A stretch of 64,000 nucleotides of DNA, taken from assembly GCA_951406725.2 (NCBI GenBank), contig OX597817.1, positions 11,532,001-11,596,000 on the forward strand, read 5' to 3'. Below are positions 54,265-64,000 of the stretch, piece after piece. The notes under the pieces were generated by a model that was given only the letters and a program-made list of their open reading frames with translations, did not search any database and was not told the origin of the DNA. Position 1 is the first letter of the stretch. The number at the start of each line of letters is the position of its first letter. A program made the position numbers and the translations under genes. Origin of the DNA: Octopus vulgaris. Taxonomy: Eukaryota.

Positions 54265-55710
54265 CAAAAATAAGTCTACTACTGCTACTACAATAGGACC
54301 ACTGGCCAATTACACAACACGACGCTCAAGAAATGGCAGAAATACTACAGAAACAATACTGCTCTGTCTTTAGTGATTCCACTGATATTGACGTAAGAGA
54401 AGCGAACGAAGATGATTTCCAACATAGAATCACGGACATAATCACGGACACTGCCTCAGACATCATAGCAGCAATAAATAAATATTCCGCTGCAGGCCCT
54501 AATAGATTCCCCGCTAGTCTCCTGAAGGAATGTAGACACCAACTTGCTGTCTCTCTGACCAACCTCTGGAGAAATTCTTTAGATTCAAGTTATATACCGA
54601 AACACCTTCTAACCCAGTCTGTCATCCCGGTTTTCAAACAGGGAAACAGATCCCTCACAGTCAACTATCGCCCAATTTCACTCATCTCCCACACCATTAA
54701 TGTTTGAAAGAGTGGTAAGATCAAGGATAACTGGCTTCCTGGAGATCCACAAACTCCTAAATGCAAATCAGCATGGCTTTTACTGTGGCACAGACTGTGT
54801 AACACAGCTTTTATACCACGTTGAGGATATACTTAAAGCCTTGGGAACAGGTTCGAAATCTGATGTCATATATCTTGACTTCAGCAAAGCATTCGACAGG
54901 GTTGACCATAATACCTTACTCTCAAAATTGTCGAATGTTGAAATCCGTAGGAAAACTTCTACACTGGATTGAGTATTTCCTGGTAAATAGAACACATGTT
55001 GTGGTCGATGGAGTCCACTCAAGCCCAGCAAAAGTCACCAGTGGTGTCCCTCAGAGGATTGTCTTGGACCAGCTCCCCATTATAATCTTGCAAAGTGAAA
55101 ATATTTGCTAATGACACTAAACTCCAGCAAATCATCAATGAAGAAGTCCAGACTCAACTCCAGTCTGATCTATATGCGGTGAGTCAATGGGCAAACAAAA
55201 ACAAAATGCAACTTAACAGGGAAAATTTGAGCTGATGAATTTTGGAAGAAAGACTATACTAAAACAGCCATACTCTCTTCCTTCAGGGAAGCTGTTCACA
55301 GCATCTAATAATATCAGAGACCGAGGTGTAATTGTTGTTAACAATAAGGTTGATATAGCTCGTAGGATTAGCTCCTGGATCTTAAGAACATTCCGGTCCA
55401 GAGAACAAGGTATCGTTATTCCACTTTTCTCCTTTGTACGGCCACGCCTCGAATACTGCTTCCCCCTGTGGTCTCCCCATACAAAACAAAACATTAACCT
55501 GAATCAACCTGGAGGGCACTCACTAGTCGAATTAAGGGCATGACTGATCTCGATTACTGGGACCGCCTTAAAGCCTTGAAACTCGACTCTCTCCAGTACC
55601 GCCGCGAGCGGTACACCATTTGCACAATGTGGAGAATATACCGCCAGCATTGCCCAAACGAACTCAGCATTAGTTTCAAGGTTCATCCAAGGCTGGGAAC
55701 ACGGGCCATA
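54265..55710 (+). pseudogene. CR1-like LINE ORF2 reverse transcriptase relic (frameshifted)
   Basis: [98 protein letters not shown] across several frames. Confidence 0.93.
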
Positions 55711-55816
55711 TTTATATATATATGTATGTATGTATATGTATATATATGTATATATGTGTGTATTTATATGTATATATGTATATATATATATGTGCATGTG
55801 TGTGTGTGTTTATATA

Positions 55817-55847
<31 letters not shown>

Positions 55848-55863
55848 ATATATGTATACATAC

Positions 55864-55918
<55 letters not shown>

Positions 55919-57259
55919 TGTGTGTGTGTGTGTGTTCAGATTAGATCTAATATTTTTAAGGTGGGTAGCCAAAGAATTATCATAAATATTACAATCGTCG
56001 TTTCTGAATAACAATTCTTTCAGATCGATAATATAAGAAACAATGAAGGATACACAAGCATCGCTCAAAGTCCGATGTACCTCTCGTTCAAAGCATTAAA
56101 TCTAATTGCTTATTATAAAAATAAACCAAATGAAAAATTTACAGGCAATATTTCCAAGCAAAATCAGTCAGTGTAGATCAGAATGCAGTGATCCACGATA
56201 GAGCGAATCTAAAATATGTAAACTACCAACTGAGATTCAAGAGGTACAGTTTTGAAGATTTGAGAAATAGCATCTTTAATATATACCTTTCAGAAAGTTC
56301 TATTTCTAGATTTTTGCCTTGCAAAAACCTTCAGTTATCGACTTGTGGTTCTAAAATTCAGTAGTTTCCTCACAAATATTTGTAAAGCCAAAAATTGCTC
56401 AGGTGACGAATTAGAATGTTATAAAGACAAATAACTGTAACTTGAACGTCTAGATGCTTTCATACTTTATTAAAAGTGTTTGGAGTCTTATTCTTAATCT
56501 CACCCGGTCGTAGGAAGTGGAGAAACAAGCTTCGATTATTTTCAATGTATCTTAATGTCACAGATTTCTCTCTCTTTCTCTCCCTCTATCTATCTCTCTC
56601 TCACTCACACAGACAGACGTACAGACGCACACGCCTTGTCGCCCCTCTCGTTTATCTGTTGTTACTCTCTCTCTTCCCTTCTCACTCTCTATGTCTCTTC
56701 TTAATTTATTCATGAGACTGGAGGGTGGAAGGGTTGCAGATGAAATGTCATCCTTACATTCTACAAAGGCAGGCAATTACCGTGAGGGCCTTTTATATAG
56801 TATAGCATTGCCTTGACTTATGGCTGGAATTCTGAAAGACGAAAATATGAATCTGAATATTGCTTTAAGCTGAGCTTTTAAGCATTCCGAAATTCCAACC
56901 ACACGCATGCCCATACATAATTAATAACTGTATTTATGTCTTGTTTGTTATTTCTTCTTGTGCTTTTCTTTTTGCACTAAGTATAACTTTGCTGCTAGTA
57001 TGTGTAAGTATATTAAGTTCTACACAGTCCTGTGTAGTGTTCAGTTAAACCTCGACTCACATATGGATTCTGATAATGCTATTAGTCTAAATATACAAGC
57101 AAACAAACACACACACACACAAAAAAAAAAACACCTAAGCAACTGTGTAGATTCTTGTATGCGACGGTGTAATTTATGTGTTTATGTCTGTGCTAAAATA
57201 TGAACCTATATGTATGTGTGTGTACATAATATGTATAAGCCGCTTGTTTCGTTCGTGTG

Positions 57260-57392
<133 letters not shown>

Positions 57393-57761
57393 GTATATAC
57401 ATACAGACACACACAAATATATGTGTATGTATATAAACACACACACATGTATACGTATGTGTTTTGGGGGGGTGTGCTTGTGTGTCATAGAATCTAAGTG
57501 TAGTGTATCATATCTATATGAGTGGGTATAATGTATTTATGTGTATGCGTACTTTGAGTGTGTGTGTATGTGTGTGTGTGTGTGTGTATACATGTGACTG
57601 CGAAAGCAAAAGACTATAACAGGTGGAGATGAACAATTTCTCAGCGATAGCGTTCTGTTGGAATGGCACGGCCCAGCAGCTTGCCCTGGCGGCTGGGGGT
57701 GAGGAGACGTTTAGCTTTCCATAATTCATTCTATTGTCTTGAACAGAGCAAATCAAAATAA

Positions 57762-57827
<66 letters not shown>

Positions 57828-57868
57828 GTGTGTGTGTATGTATATATATATATATATATATGCACATT

Positions 57869-57904
<36 letters not shown>

Positions 57905-57941
57905 TATACACACACATATATATGTATGTATTTATATATAT

Positions 57942-58023
<82 letters not shown>

Positions 58024-58154
58024 TTATATATATATATATATGAGTGTATTTCTGTCTGTGTGTGTGTGTGTTACTTTATGCGTGCATTGTGTATGTATAT
58101 ATACGCACACATGCATACATATATATACATATATATACATACACACACACACAT

Positions 58155-58185
<31 letters not shown>

Positions 58186-58750
58186 CACACAATTTTAAAT
58201 AAAAACAAATACGTAATACACACGCATACATACGCATGTTACATACATATGTGAAGTGAGATAGACATATATACGCGCATTACACATGCACACACACACA
58301 CACACACACACATACAGACATATAAAACTGAAAACAAAACAAAACAAAGAAATATAGAAATAATTGTCCAACGTGGAATGGAATTCGGGCGACCAGGATT
58401 TTTGGTACTTTTTGTGTCTTAGTGTTTGGGGAAGGAGTAGTTTGGGAATAAAATCTACAGAAACTACATTAGCAAATGAGAGTAACACCCAAACTGGCAT
58501 TATCATCACTATAATCATGATGATGATGATAATGATGATGATCGTGATCATCATCATCGGCAGTAGCAGCAGCAGCAGCATTATTTTCAGCATCAAATAC
58601 ACACAAGAGCAACATCATGAACGGTATCGTCCCTAACAACGTCACATCAGCAATAACATATAAAATGTCATCATCATCATCATCGTCATTATCATCTAGC
58701 GAGCCACCATTGACATACTCCATCACCAGTATATGTGTGTGTGTGTGTGA

Positions 58751-58785
<35 letters not shown>

Positions 58786-58812
58786 TGTATGTGTGTGTGT
58801 GTGTGTATGTGA

Positions 58813-59026
58813 GGCAAGCTGGCAGAATCGTTACCACGCTGGGCAAAACGCTTAGCAGCTTTTCGTTCACCTTTAAGTTCTGAGTTCAAATTCCACTGAG
58901 GTCGACTACTCTGTCTTTCATCCTTTCATGGTCGATAAAATAAGTACCAGCTGAGCACTGGGGCCGATGTAATCGACTTACCTACCACCTTGAAATTGCT
59001 GGCCTTGTACCAAAATTTGAAACCAA
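58813..59026 (+). mobile_element. SINE B, full length
   Basis: GGCAAGCTGGCAGAATCG...TTTCATCCTTTCATGGTCGATAAAATAAGTACCAG...CCAAAATTTGAAACCAA. Confidence 0.88.
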
Positions 59027-59576
59027 CATACATGTGTGTGTATTTTCCTTCTCCAATTAAAAAAAAAATCATTGTTGTGTAGAGCTAGGTCATTGTACTA
59101 AGTGCTGAAGTGGGAAGTGACAGATCAGTGCATATTCAAAATCAATAGTGGCCAGGAATTACCTTGAGTTATTTAATAACGCCTATTTAAAGTTCGGAGT
59201 TTAAGTCCCACTAGGGTAGAATTTTTTTCGTAACAAGTTCGAGAAAATAAATGCCAATCAGGCACTGAAGTTGACGTAATCGTTTTCATCTCTCTAACAA
59301 AGTTCCTGGACTTGTACCTATCAGTATTAATCGATCAAGTACATCATTATCAGATGATGTGATCATTGGGATCTTTTTCACTTCATTATTGGTGCTATAT
59401 TATAGATGTAGAACATTTCATGCTAGTGAGAATTTACGTGGTCACTAAAACTGCTCGAAATAGTTGAGCATTTCACTAGTCTTTAAAAAAATGAAGGGCA
59501 CATTGGACAGTGTTGTTATAGATATGTAGGATAGCCATGGGATTTTCATAATTATGCTCGTTGGGAGATGAAGATA

Positions 59577-59750
59577 TTGGTATCAAATTTTGACACACGG
59601 CCAACGATTTCGAGAGCAGGGCTTAAATGATCCCGAAAGTATGACAGGCAAAGTCGACCTCGGCGGAATTTGAATTCAGAATGTAAAAGCGGATGAAATG
59701 CTGCTAAGCATTATGCCTGCCGTGTTAACGATTCTGCCAGCTCGCCGCCT
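59577..59750 (-). mobile_element. SINE B, internally deleted
   Basis: GGCAAAGTCGACCTCGGCGGAATTTGAA...ACGATTCTGCCAGCTCGCCGCC on the plus strand. Confidence 0.85.
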
Positions 59751-61366
59751 GGGGAGATGAATATAATAAAACGACTGATTTTTGGATAATGTTAAACAAT
59801 CTGGTTTATTTGTCAACTGTCTCAATTGTAAGATCATCTCCAACTCAACACCCGTCAAAAAAAAGAAAAATAAGTGTCCCTGAAAATAAAATCAATTTGC
59901 ATCTGGTAAGCAGAAGATTAGCATTTAGCTTCTTGGCAGGGGTTAAGCAGTGGTTCAAGGAAAAGTCTGCCAAAACTGAGGTGCATAATCTCCAATGCCT
60001 TATTAGCTGTCAGACACACTACTTCATATTAGAGCAAAGTAATTCATATAATCCAAATGCTAAAACCTGCTGTCCCAGTAGTATAAGTTCCCAACCAGGT
60101 TTCGTTGTCTGTTTTTTTTTTTTAGTTTGATTTATTCTCTTTATTCAATCTTATGAAATGTGGCGGTGCTCATGGAAAATTTTAGACTTCTGTTAACGAC
60201 ATTAGTTATATTGTTCTTGTGAAGCGCCTAAGTGAACCCTGATCAAGTGGACTGTTTGGTGGGTGTTTGTTAGAATTATGCAATCAGCATATTCTGATTT
60301 ACTTGACTGGTAAGTTATTCAGTGTGGTGCAGAAATCTGAACTGTTGCCGACTATTTCTCTTGGAAAACTTAGATAGCAACCGTTTGCTACGTATTTAGA
60401 GCAAGGTATTCAGATGAAGAAAATGTAACGGGAGCATGTGTTTCTGTGGAGAGATTATAGATTTGGTAAGTTCAGAAACGCTGGATCATTCGAGTACGTG
60501 AGTGTGGAAACAAAACAAAAGTCGGATAATGTGATTCGATTGACTAGCTTTAGTAATGTGTAAATAATTGAGAAACTGAGTATCATGTAGACGATTATGT
60601 TGAGTACGAAGTAGAATATGTGACAGAATTGCATGTGTTTCATACCTACAATGACATTTAAATCATTTGGAGCCTTAAATGTACTTGATAGAGTATAACC
60701 AACTGTTGAGGGTAGATGTATTTTCTAGGCCTATAATCTCAAAATATGAAGAGATCTTATGTCCTTAGAAAGACATTAGTTCGCCATGTCCACGTTAGCA
60801 AAATTCCTTCGAGTATTATATTCATGGAGGTAACGGGCGCATAGTGTAAGGAATGATAATTTTGTGCAGATGGGCTTCATGTCTAGATAATGGATGAGAA
60901 GTAAATGTTTAAATATATATATATATATGTTCATATCAATAGAAGAATGTTTGTGGTTCAAGATGACAGTGAGCGAATAGTTTATTTAGATAAAGAAGAA
61001 TGTGGAGACCGAAATATTAAAGTGTATTATATTTAACAGAAAGTCGTTGCCTCCTGTACGGAAGATATCTAACTGGAAGCTTTCAATCGAGAAGAAAGCG
61101 ACACTGAACAATTACTTTAGTCGAAGAATAAGTGATAGAATAGTTGTGTGTAACGCAATCAAACAGGCATCCTACGGATAATAAGAAAGAAAAGAATTTA
61201 GCATTATCAGGAAGGTGATAGTTTTATTGAGGTTACTGGTAGCACTTACTTCAAATATAAAGATACAGTTCACGGCTGTAATTAGTAGAAGCTGATTAGT
61301 TAGCTATATTCAATTATTTTGTCTTGTTTGGTCCAAACTCTCCAAAAACGCACAGGTCACATTAAA

Positions 61367-61980
61367 TATTGGGTTGGCAACTAACTTCCCGCCGTTCTTT
61401 TAAATTTTGGAATCTATTTTGTTCGAGAATTCTATTTTTGAATCATTTCGGAATCTATTTTTTTTTCTAATTAATTTTAGTTACTTTTTGTTTATTTTCA
61501 GATCATTAAAATGGAATGTTAAGTTAAGAAAAACGAGCGTTTTCGACACCTTCTCTTTGCTTTTAATGAAGGTTCTAAGGCCGCAAAAGCTGCTCGCGAC
61601 ATTTGTGCTGTGTATGGAGAGAGCTGAAAGAACCGCTCGTGATTAGTATGCCAAGTTCAAAACTAGAAATTTTGACCTCAAAGACGCACCTCGTTCTGGC
61701 CGTCCAGTTGAGTTCGATGAAGAGCGATTAAACCAACATTTGCACGAAAATTCTCGTCAAACGACAAGAGAACTGGCAGAGAAAATGGAATGCTCCCACA
61801 CTGCTGTAGAGAAGCATCTTCACTCGATGGAAAAGGTTCAGAAGTATGGGGCATGAATTCCGCATGCTTTAAGTGACAACAACAAAAATCAACGAACCAC
61901 AATCTCCGCTGGTTTGCTTGCTCGTCACCGACCAACTCATGGACACAAGCAATGATTTCTTTACCGAATCGTTACTGGTG
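61367..61980 (+). mobile_element. mariner element 5' half with disrupted transposase (mellifera-subfamily-like TIR)
   Basis: TA-TTGGGTTGGCAACTAA terminus; ATG 61511; ARDICAVYG, FDLKDAPRSGRP, TTRELAE, *IPHAL (WVPHEL motif), FLYRIVTG; stops and frameshifts. Confidence 0.92.
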
Positions 61981-62953
61981 CCTGTACATTTAAATTCGAC
62001 TCACAATGAAGTGAGCGTAATAGAACATGAAACTTCGGTTCAACAACAATGACTTAGCCTTGAAATAACTAATGCACCAGAAAATATGTAGGTAAGTTTT
62101 ATAGTGTCAATCATTTACGTATTATCGGTCGCAATAAAATGATTTCTTATTCTCTATAAACCACAGATTTATAGAAGGTAAAATAAGCTCAAGTGACAGT
62201 CAAGCTTTTTTGCCACAACGCTTAAAGTGTAAAGTTGTCTTTAAACGGAAAATCTCCCGATTTCGGCTCATTAGGAGATTACAAATAGGTACCTATTTTC
62301 CTTCCAATGTGCTTGTAACAGAAATGATTTATTACAGGACTAAACATTAATAGAAGAGGAAAGAAAACACATTGCGATGCTTATATATATCTCTCTCGAA
62401 AACATAGATGAAGCAAACTGCCGTCAAATAAGAAGCAAAAGCGGGTTGCAATTGACAGCCAAAATGAGAAGACATTTTCAAAGACTTTTTACAGTAGTAA
62501 AGCAGCAGCACCAAGTAGAGAAATGGTCAAATGTAAATTGAAACTATGTTCATGTTCAACTTTTTTTTCTCGCGTTATAAGATGATATATATGGGTATGG
62601 AGTTGTCACAAGACCTCCCAAATAAAAAGGAACACTTGAGATGAAGTAGGGATGAATGTTGATCTGGTACGTGAGGATGGGTTAAAACATTTCAGGAGTT
62701 ATGTGTTTATTCCAGTCTCCAACTCATTCTTGAAATTTCTTTCTCGCTTATTTTCTCTTTCTCAAAGTCCTCGCCGCATTACTCTCTCTCTCTCTCTCTC
62801 TCTCACTACCTCACTGTCTGTTCTCTTTCACCTTCTGTCTCTCTCACATTCTCTCCACGACTCTCTGCTCTCCACTCTCTCTCTCTCTCTCTCTTTCAAG
62901 TATCTGTCACTCCTTTGCTACTTTTGGTATGTTCATTCCTCTTCCAATTATGC

Positions 62954-63280
62954 TAGTTAGTTAGTTAGTTAATTTTTTGGCTCAAAAAGCAAAAAGCAAG
63001 GCCATGTAGGGGGACATGGAGTTATGTACAAGGAGGGTGTTCATGCAAAGAGTTCAGACCATTTCGGGTCAAGCGAGGCTTTGAACCGAGCGGTCGTCGG
63101 CATCTTCACCATCTCGTCCGGCAGCTTATTCCACGGATCCGCAACCCGGACGGAGAAAGCCCCTCTCCTTCGATTGAGATGAAATCGTTGCAGATAGAGC
63201 TTTTTGAAGTGGCCCCGCAGCCTACGCTCTGGAGCAGGAGTGAAGAACAGATCTTTCGAGAGGTTACACTTTCCGTTTAT
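62954..63280 (-). mobile_element. CR1-like LINE 3' end (same family as 36781)
   Basis: GKCNLSKDLFFTPAPERRLRGHFKKL...WNKLPDEMVKMP; same 3'UTR and (TAAC)n tail. Confidence 0.93.
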
Positions 63281-63297
63281 ATACAATAACGCACACT

Positions 63298-63347
<50 letters not shown>

Positions 63348-63833
63348 TGTGTGTGTGTGCGTGTGTGTATGATGGACTGCCCTGTCGAAGATGACATATG
63401 AGTGTTCAGCTTTTGCCGAATGACCCGCACAAATGATTTGCTTATAGTGATCAAATGTTCCTTATAGTGATCAAATGTACGGCTATATTGATATATACAT
63501 ACATAGAACTGTATATATGAATAAATACAGATTTATATAATTTGTATATATTTATATGTACAGTGATACGTGTGTATATATCAATATAAAGTAACATGGA
63601 TTTATGTGCTTATGTATATACATACATATAGCAATAAACACGCACACGTACGTTTGCACCTGTGTATATACATATGTAAGTATATATATATATATGTATC
63701 TATTATTTATTGAAGCGGTATGTCAGTTTTAGAGAATATTTGATATTTAAGATAACATCTCATCCTCAATTAGAGTTGGTCCCAATTACCGCCAAGCAAT
63801 TGTTTTGCACTCAAGGAGGCAACAATTATTGAT

Positions 63834-63975
63834 GACATAGTGACCATAGATGAAATAACCCAAAACTCTTCTATCGGCCTTGATAGATTTCCAGCGATCC
63901 TTCTGAAAACGTGTGAACGAGCCCTAGCAAAACCACTACAATCTCTATTCCAGAGTTTCCTGGCAAATGGCTAGC
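63834..63975 (+). mobile_element. CR1-like RT fragment
   Basis: SSIGLDRFPAILLKTCERALAKPLQSLFQSFLANG parallels the relic at about 54480-54590. Confidence 0.65.
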
Positions 63976-64000
63976 TTCTTGACAACTTATAAAACGCTTA

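Noticed and set aside
58690-58730. Minus-strand YVNGGS resembling the EGF CLNGG motif or a kinase MEYVNGG motif
   Set aside because: No cysteines or other kinase motifs; it sits between (GAT)n and (CA)n repeats.

Overview
AT-rich, microsatellite-saturated eukaryotic DNA, most likely a coleoid cephalopod (Octopus-like). That assignment is inferred from the tRNA-derived SINE families and the density of (TA)n/(CA)n/(GA)n/(AAT)n tracts, not from a database match. There is no intact protein-coding ORF; nearly all of the ORF track is translated microsatellite or SINE sequence. The window holds many SINE copies in at least four modular families, five non-autonomous Helitrons, CR1-like and R4/Dong-like (restriction-like endonuclease, RLE) LINE relics, mariner relics and MITEs, and three long fold-back elements. 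The one likely host-gene signal is a 70-bp minus-strand exon at 16308-16377 encoding the C-terminal half of an EGFR-ligand-type EGF domain (CPAGYIGERCEMIDHEY*), so much of the window may be intronic. Other points of interest are a Helitron flanked by a 93-bp direct duplication, head/tail shuffling among SINEs, a retroposon nest in (AAT)n, and a microsatellite-bounded local duplication. I found no convincing new multi-gene system. SINE/repeat family letters A-E are my own labels, and coordinates were counted by hand.
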